This document shows, in pieces, positions 11,301-25,045 of a stretch of DNA of 64,000 nucleotides; within the stretch, counting starts at the first letter, position 1; each line of letters begins with the position of its first letter. This DNA is from Owenia fusiformis (lineage: Eukaryota), in assembly GCA_903813345.2 (NCBI GenBank), contig CAIIXF020000001.1, positions 38,564,001 through 38,628,000 on the forward strand. The letters run 5' to 3'. A program made the position numbers and the translations under genes. Below the pieces are notes generated by a model. It made no database searches. It was not told where the DNA came from and worked only from the letters and a program-made list of their open reading frames with translations.

Positions 11301-14300
11301 GATGAACCTCTGTCTAGGAATATATTGCAGTCATAAGTTTTTGAAAATATAACTGCAGCTTAAGACTATACATATCTTTGCATTATTTACTTTTCCAGAA
11401 CTTACTTGGGAGAAAAATAAGAGTGGATTTGGCTGAGCAGAACCAAAAAGATGGAGGTAAGTGAAATGAATTTAGCATATATTCAGTGGCAGCAATTGTT
11501 TTATACTGACATATTCTGAAATGTTACTAGCTATGTTTTATGGAAACAAAAATAAGTATTCTAAACTCATCTGGATGCATGCATGAACTCGGGTATGTTG
11601 GCTTTGTCAGCTTGCGGTCAAACACTTGAACTTTGTTGAGTCAGAAATTAATGAAATTTTGTTTCATTATTTTTGATATGTTCAGTTCACAATTTTGCTC
11701 TTTGTGCAAATTTGCCTGACAAATACTTTTTTATTTTTTTGTACTGGAAATACAACACTGGGCGAAAAGTGCACAAATAAAAATTCCCAGCAACAATGTT
11801 TTAAAAGTTTTCTCTTAGGCTCATAAGCCCTCTAACTTAGAAAATTGAAGTAATATTACAAATTGATCTTTTGAAATCTTCCTTTACATGTACAATAACT
11901 ATTTGATTTAGAAATGCGGAGAGATGGTGACAGACGAGGTGGAGGTAGAGACAGAGATCAGCAAGACAGAGGTGACCCAGATAGGGCAGAGGGGGACTGG
12001 AGGAGTAACAGAGTTCCTGTAGAACAACCCGTCATCGGTAAGTCATATATTCAAGAGTGCTGTGTCACTTGTCTCATTGAAAATCTATTTTCTACCAAGG
12101 GAAAATAATTTGAAAAGAACCCAGATGCAGTAACATACAGCATTCAAAATTGAAGAATTTATACTCAATTTAGATGTAGCTGAATGTGTTTGGATAAATA
12201 GTTTTCATTTCTCAACACATTGCCATGGTTTGTTATCCTTGTAGAATTTTTGTCAACATTTTTTTTTAACAGGCGGTGGCTCACGAGACAGAGGAGGCTT
12301 TGACAGAAGTGACAGAGATGGATACAATAGGGGAGGCTTTGATAGAGATGATAGAAGGGGTGGAGGATTTGATGACCGCAGAGGGGGATATGATGATCGC
12401 AGGGGAGGATATGATGATCGTAGAGGGGGATATGATGATCGCAGGGGAGGATATGATGATCGCAGGGGAGGATATGATGACCGTAGGGGTGGATATGATG
12501 ACCGTAGGGGAGGTGGTGGATATGATGATAGACGTGGAGGGGGTGGATATGATGACAGAGATCGTCGTGATGGAGGTGAGACATTTCAAATTATATCCTA
12601 TGAATGAAGAGATGCTTAAACTTCCCTTTACTCAAGCAAACATCAGATAATTTCATTATTTCACAAAAATCTGTAAAATAAAAACTTGAAAATGGCAAGT
12701 CAAAAAAATTACAATATTTTTGTAAATCTAATGGTAGAATGGATTCAGAAAATTTCTGATTGTCAAAGCAATGACATCAACGAGGATATGTGAAAATTTT
12801 CAGATGCAGATCTAATGCATTGTTGTCATCTAGCATTCAAAGTTCATGCTAAAAAAATTTGAAAAGTATTTTTTCTTACCAATTTCCACTTCTTGATAAA
12901 AATGAATTACTCAGAAATATAATGATATACCCATTGTTCTAGGTCGCTTTGGTGGTGGTGGTTCAAGCAATAGACGTGGCTATGGGTTCGGAGGAGATCG
13001 AGATAGAGATAGTTATGGTGGGGACAGATATGGAGATAGAGGGTTAGTACAACTAGTCAATTCTGTCTTAAATCTAGTTCCAATAAAAAATTTTTTTAGA
13101 AAACTAGTAAAATGCAGTAAAACACGTTATAATTTTGTCAATATTGTCACCATCCTGGTGACAACATCATGATTACATCTGAATAATACAGATAATCGGG
13201 ATAGAGCCATCCATTTGAGCACTCCTGTTTCATATTATGAGTTTGCCTGATTGTAGGCATAGAGATGGACCTCCAAGAGATGGACCTTATAGTAGGGACA
13301 GAGATGGACCTCCTAGAGATGAAGGTAATAGAAATCATCTGAATAATAGTTGTCATTTACGAGACTTGATTCTGCAGTCAATCTGACAATCACCAATTAC
13401 AATTTTATTGTATTCACATTTATTGTTATGTCACCACCACAAATGGTGACACTTTGTTAAAGTCTCCTTTTTGTGGATGGTGTTCGATAGATGGTGTTTG
13501 GCATTCAGCGGTTGCTGTCTGTAACAAATGGCAGGTGATGACATTTTGCCTGTGAATGCCTTATTTTTTGTTTCATTCACGATTTCATGGTATCACAATT
13601 TCATTGTTTAATATTCTATATGAAACTTAAGCTCCTCGAGATGTACCCACAGAACGCCCAAGGCTTCAACTGCAAAAACGTACAAAACCAATTGAAAATG
13701 AACCTCAAAAAAGTTCAAGCTCCATATTTGGTAGTGCAAAACCTGTTGATACAGCAGCTAGGGAACGGGAAATTGAAGAAAAAATACGCAAAGAAGAGGA
13801 GGCTACCAGAGAGCGACTTGAAGCTGAAAGAGAAAGGAGGGATGAGAGAAGACCACGGTTAGAAATGTTATAGTATAAACATGCTTTTCAAGAATGGGTT
13901 AAAATAAAAAAGGTTCAAATGTACACAGCTCTAAATTTTAAATTTAAATGTATGACTGTGACTTAATTTAATGTCATTCTTACAAATTTAATTTATAAAT
14001 AGGTTATTTCATGGTTGATTTTCAACATAATTTTATTCCAGGGTAATAGGATATTGACCAAGGGAAATATGAGATTGACTGAACGAGCATAGCGAGTGTG
14101 TGTCAATATAATACTTACCAAGGTCAATGGCCCTGTTACAATTAAATAGGCTATAAAAGTGATAGAATTTGAACCACATGATGCACTATGACCATTCCGT
14201 GTTGAACTGCTACTATTGTTCCGGATAGATTTAGGATTATAATACTTTTCCAATATAGATTTTTCACCAAATCAACTTTTCCCCAGAACAATACAATTTT

Positions 14301-17300
14301 TTGAGTACATATGATTTTTTCCTGGGCAATACAATTTTTCGAGTATATACGATTTTCAGAGGGACAATATGACTTTATTTCTCAGGAAAACAGTTACTGT
14401 AGTATTATGGAATAAATGTTTATATTTCTCATTGCAATGCTATTGTTATTATTTTGCAGAAGAAACAGTGATAGAGAGCACCGTGAGAGACGCACAAGTG
14501 GCAGTATTAGTGATGAACAACAAGGTCACCAAGCTCCAAGGAGGGAGAGAAAAACTAGTAGCTCCAGTTCTGGGAAAGGTATTAGAACAGGTACATTCTT
14601 ATACATTGTATTGTTATAGGTATACCATTCCATTTCAAGTATTTAAGCACCAGAATATGAGGATTGTGAGTATTAAATGAAAATTGATGAATAATTATTG
14701 GTGTGCATTTCTTTGCCAGAGCTTGAGCTAAGGGTTTGGCCTATTTTTTGTGTCTGTGTAAACTGCAACCAGACTCCTATTGTTGCTACAAATAATAAGC
14801 TTCTTTCTAACCAATAAGAGACAGGTTCACTCAGAGCCTGGTTGCAGTTTGCAGATATTTCTGCTCTTAAACTAAGAATCACATCATAACCAATAGATGG
14901 CAGGATTTACTGAATTGGTCTATTTTTATTACATAAAGGAAAGTAACAATATAATAGGGAACTTGTTGAACATCTACAACCATATTCTCAAGTTAGTGGA
15001 TGTTTATAGTATTTATAAGTACACTTATAAAGTTGTTTTTTTTCTCTTACCACTTATTTAATGCCCCGAGGAAATTTAAATCCAAGTAGGGTTTTATTGC
15101 CGTTGTACTCATGTTATCAAGCTATTGAACTTTGAACTTTACAAGTACATTTATGTAATATTTTTTGCTCTCATCTAGTTGGGCCCCCACCAACGACTCC
15201 TACTAGGACAATGGCCAGGAGAGACAGTGAGTTATCAAACCACTCGGGTGATCATGTATTCGATGATGAGCGCTCTCCCCCACAACCAAAACCAACAACA
15301 CCAAGAAGTAGTGATGACGTTAAATTGATTCCAGCACCGCCACCTTCAGAAAATGCCTGGGCAAAAAGAAAACAGACTGTTCAGCCATCACCTCCTGCCG
15401 CCAGTCAGAGCAGCACAGCGTCAACTACCCCTCAGTCAAAACCTTCCAAATCAGAATCAGAGAAGGTAATTGTTTAGATAAGTAGTAAACTGGAAAAATT
15501 GAATGACCAATCATATTTATCTGTGCTCTATGATCATGAGATATTGGATTTCCAAAATCACATCGTGGAAACAAATGTGGTGATGGCAGTCGTTTAGCAG
15601 TTGCTAATGTGAACAATATTTGCCAAATATGGCACGATATAGATATTGACAACCCGAGTCATATTTCTAATTGTTAAATATTTATGAAAATTGGAAATTC
15701 AAACAAAATGACCAGGTATTGTTTGGCAAATAATTTAATATTTTAATAATATTCTGACCATAAATACATAATTTTTCTCAGGAATATTATGTTTCCTTCA
15801 AAGTTAATAATAAGCTAAAACTTATCAGGATAATAGAAAATATCAATCCAACTCTCCAAAAAACCATTGTTCCAGACTTTCATGCAAAGTTCCTTTTTGT
15901 TCTTATTTTTTCATTTAAAAACATTAATTTATGAAACTTTCAGCATATTTTCACATACATTTATCCTAAATAAATATAAATATGAATATAAAAACACTTT
16001 TGGCTGCCATAGCAACTGTGAAATGGGATTCAATAGAGCAACTTAAATACCCTTGCATAAAGCATGCATTCAATGTAAAATGCTGAATATTTCTTCTACA
16101 AATGACAGTTATTTGCTTGAAATGTTTGATAACACAAAACTTGTAATGTAATAATGTCTATTAAGGCAAACTCAGAATTACTGTGTTTTGATGACATAAT
16201 TCTTTATCAATTATTTTATTTTCATAGAGACCTTATTCCAAGGAAAACATATTATTTTGACTAAGAATTATTTGGTTAGAAAATACTTATGGTCAAGGAT
16301 TGACTGTCTTAAATTATTTGCCAGGCCATTTAACTTATTCAAAATTATGAATGGTACCTTTATAGAAAAAAAATAGTTTCAAGAATATTATTTGTTCTTT
16401 TGTCCACTAAAATTATTTTCCATATGAGACTCTCTAGTAACGTATACCTCTTTCGCAGTCACCACCTACTCAAAGTGCACCCGCAGCAACTGCACCTGCT
16501 ACCAAGGCCTGGGGTAAAGGCAAACCTATAGCTGTGGAACCAGCTGATCCACCCAAGGAAAATGTATGGGCTAAACGCAAGGCTGAAACTGTCAGCACTA
16601 CAAGTGTGAGTATAAAACAATCGGAAAATATGACATGAAACGCCCATTTTCTCTTAAAATCTTCCAGATTTCCAACTAAAAAATTAATGTCAACTCTAAG
16701 TACAAGAATAAAACAAATAAAAATCACATCAAACTCCATCTTCTATCGTAACTTCTATTTCCTAGACACCCAGACAATGTAATTGACTTCAAGAAAAATC
16801 TTATATTAATCACACATACTAGTTGATGGTTTTTGTATTGGTCTTACATTACATTGATTTTTTTGTTTCACATTTTCTAATTTTTCCCTTGTATTTTTAT
16901 GTCCCCACCACATAGTGTGGGGCCATATTGTCGGCCTAGGCGCGTCCGTCCGTCCGTCTGTCTGTTTGTCTGTCTGTCCGTCCGTACGTCCGGCAGTTTT
17001 CTCCTAAACCGCTACAGATATCACCTTCAAATTTTCAGGGATAACTTATGAGTGCATACAGATGTGGACGAAAAAGTTTCAACTCGATACCTACTTCCTG
17101 TCGGCCATTTTGAAGTCAAATGCTAAAATCCTTGTCTGCAAACTTTAAGAAAAATGGCTTCACTGTTGCTTTTAAAACTTTAACATCCTGTAGATCTGAT
17201 TAGGTTTTGGACCTGTGAGCCCAGTCATGGCAGCCATTTTGAATGTCTTAAGAAAAGTTAGCGTGCGATAATACTTTGTATCATATTGAATGGTGTTTTT

Positions 17301-20300
17301 GAGTTTTCATACTTAGACTATTTAGTAGCTTTATAAAAAATTTCAGGTGTACTTTATTGTAAAACCCTATGTTATTGTTAACAGTAGTTATATGTGATAA
17401 TTTTGTAAAAAGAAATCAGCAAAAACTTATAATCACTTTTTATTGTCTGCCATTTTGGATTTTTCCATCCTAAAATCTTGTCTGTAAAGTCTTGTCTATG
17501 CGTTTTCAGGCGAACCATTTGGTAGATCATTTCCAAATTTTCAGGGATGTTTCTTAGTATGAAAATCTAGATCTGATTAGTTTTTTGGCATTCTGGGTAA
17601 ATGTCAAGAAAGCCATTTTGGATTTTCCGTCCTAAAATCTTGTCTGTGAAGTCTTGTCTATGCATTTCCAGGTGAAGCGTTTGGTAGATCAATTTCAAAT
17701 TTTCAGGGATGATTCTTAGTATGAAAATCTAGATCTTATAAGTTTTTTGGCATTCTGGATATTGTTAAGGCAGCCATTTTGGATTTTCCGTCCTAAAATC
17801 TTGTCTGTAAAGTCTTGTCTACGCATTTTCAGGTGAACCATTTGGTAGATCAATTAAAAATTTTCAGGGATGATTCTTAGTATGAAAATCTAGATCTGAT
17901 TAGTTTTTTGGCATTCTGGGTAAATGTCAAGGCAGCCATTTTGGATTTTCCATCCTAAAATCTTGTCTGTAAAGTCTTGTCCTATACGCGTTTTCAGGTG
18001 AAGGGTTTGGTAGATCAATTTCAAATTTTTAGGGATGATTCTTAGTATGAAAATCTAGATCTGATTAGTTTTTTGGCATTCTGGGTAAATGTCAAGGCAG
18101 CCATTTTGGATTTTCCGTGCTAAAATCTTGCCTGTAAAGTCTTGTCTACGTGTTTTCAGGTGAACTGTTTGGTAGATCAATTTCAAATTTTTAGGGATGA
18201 TTCTTAGTATGAAAATCTAGAACTGACTAATTTTTTGGGCATTCTTGGTAAATTTTAAGGTGGCCATTTTGCATTTTCCGTTCCAAGATTGTAGCAGTAA
18301 AGTCTTGTCTACTCATTTTCAGGATAACCATTAGATGTGATCACCCATTGGTGGGGACATATTGTACACATTTGTGTTCTTGTCTCATTATAGGTTTCCC
18401 CAAAACAATCTAATGAAAATAAAGAAAACATAAATGAAAAAAATAATAGTTCAAAAGGAACTTCTGAGACGAAACCAGTAGAAAGAGAGGAACCTGCAAC
18501 CAATAATAAACCAAGCCAAGAGGTCCCAAATAAAAGTCAATCTTCCGCACCTCCAGCTAATGCATGGGTCAGGAAACCAGGTGAGTAGTGCATGGGTTGA
18601 TTGTGTATTGATACAAACCAATAACTGTGAGTGAAGCCTTTTTCAGGATGATGATCTAGCAAAACACATCCTCTACTGGCAAATGGATAGTCTAAAATTT
18701 GTCATCTAAGGTGTGAAACTGATATGTGGACTTTGGTGTTTTAAAAGACTCTTTATGTTTCTCTTGGTATTTTTTTTTACTTTTATTAGTTGGGAATTTG
18801 GAAAATTACTTTGCCAGACTTATTCTAGTTTTTGTATCGGGACTCCTTAACTCTTACCCTGTAGCAGGACAGAATTATACATATACATCTATCCAACAGA
18901 AAGAATTGGATAAGACTGTCCATACCGTGGTGTGTAAAAGCAAAATGCTAAGACCTTGGAGTCTCTGTAATTCAATTTAATTTGGGTTAAGATTTATTTT
19001 GGGTAAATCTGGGACTTATGCATTGCAGTAACTGTGTCTATAAATGATGCTCCAAATACAACACGTGTTGTGACAGATAAGTCTAATGCATGGGGGCGTG
19101 GTCCTCCATCAGGTGGTGGTACTCATGGGAGTGGGCGTGGCTCATCCCGGGGTGGAAGAGGGAGTGCACATTCAGAGAGGGGTAGAGGTGGTAGGTCTAG
19201 GTAAGTAGATCATTGGCTGTTGTTGTGTTCTGTTTTGTAGCATGGTTTGTTGTTGCATTGACAAATATAATGTTTTCCCCAAAATTTCTTGTCATTTTAT
19301 CTCCAGTATATTTATTATAGAAATGGAAACTTTGACATAACAAAACTTTGGCGAGATAGTCTCTAGCTAAAACATTAGTCACAAAGCCCGAGTTTTAAAC
19401 ATTCATTTCGCAGTTATTAGCTATTTACTATTAGAAATTGATAAATAAATTGGCAAAATATTCTACTTCCTGGATGGCTGCCATCTTGATTCTTGGCTTA
19501 CTTGATTCTTGGCTTACTTGATTCTTGGCTTACTTGATTCACAGTATTCAAAATTTGTCAAAACCGTTGACTGTACATTGAGGAAGAACTATTTTTATCT
19601 ATAAATATGACACCAAACATTTTTGGGTTTATTTTTATCCCATCGAACGAAGTTCGGAGGGATATAGGGAACGCCTCCGTCCGTCCGTACGTACGTATGT
19701 ACGTCCATCCGTCCATCCGTCCGGGCAATAACTCAAATACTGTTGGCCCGATTTTGTTCATATTTTGTACACATATACCCTATGGGGGTAGAAGTTCTGC
19801 TCAAAAGCCGATTTTCAAAATGGCCGCTCATTTCAAAATGGCAGCCATTTTAGTGCCGAAATTACAGTAATTTAGGTGCAATATGTAAAACTGTAATAGC
19901 AATATGTTTAGATGTAAAAAAATTATATAGGACATTAATAAAGCTAGAAATGTAGATATTAAAGAAGCACTTGGCAGCCATCTTGAAAAATGGCGGCCTT
20001 TACTCATTATTTTACGATTTTTGCTGTAACTCGAAAAGTAGTGGAGCGATTTTGTTCATATTTGGTATGTGAATACTATAAACATTGCACACTTCTAAAG
20101 ACACTTTTGGTAGAAGGTGGCCATTTTGTAAAATGGCCGCCATTTTGAAAAATGGCCGCCATTTTAACCTATTTTACTATAACTCGAAAAGTAGTGAAGC
20201 GATTTTGTTCATATTTGGTATGTGAATACTATAAGGATGGCACACTGTCTAATGACACTTTTGGTAGAAGGCGGCCATTTTTCAACATGGCCGCCATTTT

Positions 20301-21299
20301 AACGTATTTTACTATAACTCGAAAAGTAGTGGAGCGATTTTGTTCATATTTGGTATGTGAATACTAAAAGCATGACACACTGTCTAATGACACTTTTGGT
20401 AGAAGGCGGCCATTTTCGCTATATACTTTGTTTGTAAAAATTCCATTCTAGGCTGTTCGATGGGATTCGCTACGCTTTGGCGTTGCCGTTGTTCTGGTTA
20501 GAGTTATCCACCATTTTATCTTAATAGATATATATTTCATATCTGAACTAAGTCAGTCTGTTTCCCTGGATAAGATGAAAGGCACATATATAGGTAACTT
20601 ATGGAAGTGAAGTTGTCAATGGTAGATGCTCTCCCTGTGCCATATACGTATTTGTGCCCCTAGATAAGATGTTTGATAGAATATACTATGCCCTATTGTG
20701 AACATTGTTTTGTTTCATTAAAGAATATGTGTACATCCTTCTTGGACTAATATTATTTATGAAATTAAGATTTAAAGAATGAAATTGTATTTTGGAAGTA
20801 TCCAGAGACTTCATTTTCTTAAAAATGATTTGTTGAATTTCTCATTACTTGCAGCGAACGTCGCCCACGCCCAGAAAAACCCCTCCCCAAGTCAATAGAT
20901 GAGATGCCAAAGGCAGATGAAAATGACAAGCAATCTAAAGTAAGAAAAAATCATTTAATAATTCAAGATCTGTCTCAAAGTTATATTGAAGGCTGAATCA
21001 GGGAAAGTCTTGTTTAATAACTTTTTGTCTCATATCATTCATTCTCATTATTAATTTCTAAAAAATGAAGTTTCAGCAGAAACAGATTTTCACATTTTTC
21101 CTCAGATTATAAATGTATAGTACTATATAATATCCTCTAATTTTGAGTGATATATATGATATTTTTATGTGTGTTAGTAGAATGTCTTTTAACTTCTTGT
21201 ATGTGTTAGTGATTAAATGTGTTATTGTATTTTCAGAACTGGAGCCATTCTAATAAATTTCAATTTTTACAAGATGAAGAAGAAGACATAGACCAATAA
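5387..21299 (+). CDS. EIF4B: Eukaryotic translation initiation factor 4B (17 coding exons, ~786 aa)
   Basis: Exons 5387-5399, 9206-9346, 10709-10902, 11122-11229, 11399-11456, 11912-12037, 12273-12575, 12943-13042, 13257-13324, 13632-13857, 14460-14590, 15179-15465, 16459-16605, 18394-18580, 19077-19200, 20855-20939, 21237-21299. All junctions are GT-AG with matching phases; total 2361 nt. Translation gives MAASASKKKQKGKGKVMSLNDFLG..NWADQ, LPTAPRAAR..PPYTAYMGNLPYDV (RRM, with RNP1 KGFGYTEF), a DRYG region, RPRLQLQKR..SSIFGSAKPVDTAAREREIEEK and C-terminal SNKFQFLQDEEEDIDQ, all typical eIF4B motifs. Confidence 0.96.
5706..6792. mobile_element. Long-TIR (foldback-like) non-autonomous element in eIF4B intron 1
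   Basis: ~150-180-bp imperfect TIRs starting ctatctgttgcaagactaacgcctgg; internal 30/60-bp tandem repeat (6175-6470) derived from the TIR motif ccacggtcatgacaggc. Confidence 0.82.
7262..7694. mobile_element. Palindromic MITE
   Basis: gccgctggagaatcatgatggctgaagttgaaatactgaaatca / tgatttcagtatttcagtttcagccatcacaattctctagcggc; inverted similarity extends ~130 bp. Confidence 0.75.
7794..9140 (+). mobile_element. Helentron-associated (HINE/DINE-1-like) element, family H1, 6 internal ~135-bp units
   Basis: subTIR tcccatcgaac / gttcgatggga; 5' hairpin cgaacgaagttcg; (GTCC/GTAC)n microsatellite; central tandem repeats; 3' stem-loop acgctttggcgt; no TSD. Confidence 0.78.
12370..12560 (+). repeat. 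21-nt coding tandem repeat (GGYDDRR)n, eIF4B DRYG domain
   Basis: Repeated ggatatgatgatcgcagggga units in exon 7. Confidence 0.9.
13426..13565 (+). mobile_element. Short HINE-like element H3
   Basis: atgtcaccacca...ggcaggtgatgacat with a 3' hairpin-like tail; related copy at 22645-22765. Confidence 0.55.
16895..18383 (+). mobile_element. HINE/DINE-like element, family H2, ~162-bp internal tandem repeats
   Basis: subTIR atgtccccacca (16899-16910) / tggtggggacat (18349-18360); (GTCY)n microsatellite; 5-6 tandem units; 3' stem-loop acacatttgtgt. Confidence 0.78.
19635..20497 (+). mobile_element. HINE family H1, second copy, 3 internal units
   Basis: Near-identical ends and core to 7794-9140. 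Confidence 0.78.
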
Positions 21300-22644
21300 G
21301 TATCACTGGATTAGGCTAATTAATTAATGTGATATTTCAACGTGGCTGATATATGTTATGGATATGGACACATTGTTAGGGCAAAGCTTTATACAGTATC
21401 AATAAACTGCAATATGAAAAACATCTCCACATTCTTGGAGTGAACCTTTTTAAATGATGACCGTATTTTGTATGTGGAGTCTTTGAATTCATGTTATGTT
21501 TACATGGTAAATGCAAAACGTACTTTGTAAACCAATGCTTAAACTTTGTTATGACTTATGCCTCATATGTTGTGGTATAATATGATGAGAAATTGTATTG
21601 TGTTTTCTGGTAGCTTCATCCATGTGTTTATACATCAAAGGCTCAACTTCAGCATGTAGCTGTTTTTTCAATCAACCCATATCTAATATAGTGAATCATG
21701 GATTTTGTCTCATTGTATGGGTTATCCAAGGACCTCATTTTGTTTGTGGTATGATGATAGTGTCTCGTGGTTCAGATTCTTGTATATATTACATATGTTT
21801 ATTTTTTTATTCATTAACATGTAAGTCTCTTCCTCCAAGTAATTGTGTTAAAGAAACTAGTTTGTATAACTTGTGGAGATATTTTATCTCTATATATGTA
21901 GACCTTCAGTTCTATCCATTGAAATTCTGGACCGAAGTCTAGCTAAACTTCAAACTTAATATGAGTAAAATTGTTTGACTGGTCACTGACTGTGTAATGT
22001 AGTGGAGAGGATAACTTTTTACTTTGATATTCTACATATTTGTGTACCTTATGTTTTACACTCGGTATCCTGCTCCATTGATTTTAGTTAAATATACCAG
22101 GGTACATGTGGTATTATTGTAAATGTATTGACACATGACACGGTCCAAGATCCCTTCTATTTCCAAATTGTGCATGCATGAATTTTAAGTGATTTCTAGC
22201 TGTGCACCAGACCCTGAGACTGGCATTTAATAATCTTAATGCAATGGTGTGTGGTTCAAATTATTTTCTTTTTAATACTTCGACACATGAATTTTGTTCG
22301 AAATATTGTGGCGGTGTATTGTCTAATTGTGGTGCTTCACTATCGAAACAAACTTCGATTGTTGTTTCACTAATATTAAAATTGAAAATAAAATGTATTT
22401 TTGCAAAGATTGTAAATAGTATCGAATTGCGTAGGAATCTATATTTATTCCAACATTTTATAATCAGTATATGTGATGTAAGGGATGGGTTACACACATG
22501 TTGTGATTGAATAGCATTATACATGTATAATAAATTCATTCATTTCTATTGTACATTAAACAACTTCTTTTCTGCCCATATTGGTTCTGAACCTTAAGGT
22601 TATTCAGTTTGTTGTTTGTGCTTTTGTTATTTTTAATAGTTTTG

Positions 22645-22765
22645 ATGTCACCACCAGAAGTGATCATAGTGTCCTATTGTTATAGTCTCCAACTTTCTTG
22701 GGGATGGTGTTCTGTGTCTGTAACAAATGGTAGGTGGTGACATTATGCATGTCAGTGCCTTGTAT
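22645..22765 (+). mobile_element. Short HINE-like element H3, second copy
   Basis: atgtcaccacca...tctgtaacaaatggtaggtggtgacat. Confidence 0.55.
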
Positions 22766-25045
22766 TATTCATGAAGTACAAAGTGTTAATTTCATCCACT
22801 TGTTTTTTATTTTTTAGTTTTGATTTTATTGCAAAACAGCATTGAATTTGAATTTAAAGAGCCAGTAGTGTAATCGTCATCATTAATAACCCTCAAATAT
22901 TTAAATCATATTGATATGTAACTTTTAACTTTAATAGGCATGTTACACAATCACCAGACCTGAATAAACCCTCTTTTCTAGAAATAACAAACCTTGGAAC
23001 TTGGAAGGATCTCCTTTCATAGACAGAAGCACCAATTTGAAAAAATACTAGCACTTTACATGGACAATTTTTAAGCTCCAATTATTACAGAACTTAAGTA
23101 TAATGTCCAAGTGTATTGATTGTGTAAGTTATATATTTTTATGAATTAGGGTATTTAGGGTGAGGATTACAACTATTACCCTTATATTAAATAAAGGCAC
23201 GTGTTAATGTTAAAAGTGATTATTCACAGAAGTATGTAATATGTGAGTTTCTAGCCTAGATAACAACGAACTGTCTATTATGATATGCTAATGTGATTCA
23301 CGAGTGAAATACTGTATGCAAATGAAATATGTTGCAGTTCATCTGTATAAACTATTAAACAATTCAATACTTTAATAGCCTTACAAAGAGTGTAAATCTA
23401 TTGAAATACCAAAGTATGGATATTAGCTTGTTTACCTGTCTGCCATGATTATACAGTGTTTAGAGGTGACTGTATGTCAATGGATTGACCATACGTCTTT
23501 TGCAAGACTGGTACAGTACTTCATGAACCTATAAGCTACATGTTCTCATGTAGATATGCAAATCTATTGTAGCCTGGTCATGAGAAAATTGATTCCATCA
23601 ATCATTTTATTTCTCATTTTGGTATTATAGACCTCAAAAATATCATAGCAGTTAGGCAAATGATCAACTCCAGAAAGTATGTAAGTGGCTTTTCTAGCTA
23701 CGGATTTTATCAGAATTGATGAGACTAATTTTCTTATGATCGGCTCATATGTTATTTGTACATAGGTATGGGATTTTTAGAGAAGGCCCATGGGTAGACA
23801 GGTAGGGTTGCTGATAACCAATAGTGAAAATAATGAACACCAGCATTCAATAACCAACTTCCCACAATCAGTTTGTTTTATAATTTATACATAGGGTGAT
23901 TGTGGAGATTCTTGCCACACTGTGTAATTAACCTGAAGATATACAATTGTTTTATATTTGAAAATTGTTCAAATGTGTGGTTATTTGAAGCAGGTTGCCA
24001 GCAATGTGAGAAATACATTGTGAACCAGTAAAGGGGATTGTTTGCTGATATGGTCAGCAGCAGCATGTGTTAATGGTTGTAGCTATTTATATGCTCCCAA
24101 TGAGGAATCATGTGTAAATAAATTATTTCAACCTAAACCTGACTCTGTTTATCTCTAACTACTGGACACATAAAAGATGGGTATCGATATGGTGAACTTT
24201 TTGAACACACGTTTCTCTTAAACCAGTCATCAAAAAATTCTGAAAATTTTACACATCGTCTATTTAATGGTCATCTTTTGAATTTGATAATTGGCAAAAA
24301 ATTATATTGTTTTTTTATTTTTAGCCATTTTACTTTACATTGATTGGTCCATTCTGTCTCTCAGTCAGTCCAAAATAGTGGCAAGTGGCTTGAAATAATT
24401 CTGTAACAAAAAATGGGCAAAAAATTATATCCGTTTGTTTTTATTTTCTGTCATTTTAGCCATCATTCACTTTTGAGCAACACCAGGGGAGCCCAGTACC
24501 CACGGTAGTAATTTTGTCATATGACAACCACATGATGGGTTCATATCTTAAGTAATAAACATTTACTCAGACATGTGATTTATATACTCGTATGAGTATG
24601 TGTGTAAACATTTGAAGACAATTGAAGTACATGTTATTGTTATAGTCATGGACATTTCTACAGGATGGACCAAAAACTTAAAAAGTATGTTATCAAACTT
24701 GACCAATACCCACTCTGTTCTTGTAACGAATCATTTATTTTCTTCCTGGATTCAGTGTATTGCTACCTTAATAATTTGCAATAGCAGTCGATACTCAGAA
24801 GCATTTATTTTGTTTGTTTATTTGTGTTTTTTTTGTTTATCAATTTGATTACTAAAAGGTACAAAGACAACATAATGACATCCCCCCAAGCTGCAGGTGA
24901 CCAGAATCCATACCTCCTTCTGGGTAAAAGGAAATAAGGTATTCTGGATTTTGGAGCCCTTACGGAGGATGCATGGTGAAAACAAGAAATATCAAATGCA
25001 GAATGTGTTGTATTGTTGTTTGCTGATCTTTCTCTACCAATGTAT

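Noticed and set aside
12165..12650. His-rich, Met-rich and Ile-rich ORFs
   Set aside because: Alternative frames and strands of the 21-nt DRYG coding repeat.
18648..18722. Possible C/D-box snoRNA (ATGATGA...CTGA) in eIF4B intron 14
   Set aside because: No terminal stem, no recognisable rRNA guide and an atypical distance from the 3' splice site; would need snoscan or Infernal.
24890..24975. HDV-like ribozyme or SECIS
   Set aside because: Neither the P1/P2 pseudoknot pairings nor the SECIS GA quartet could be built.
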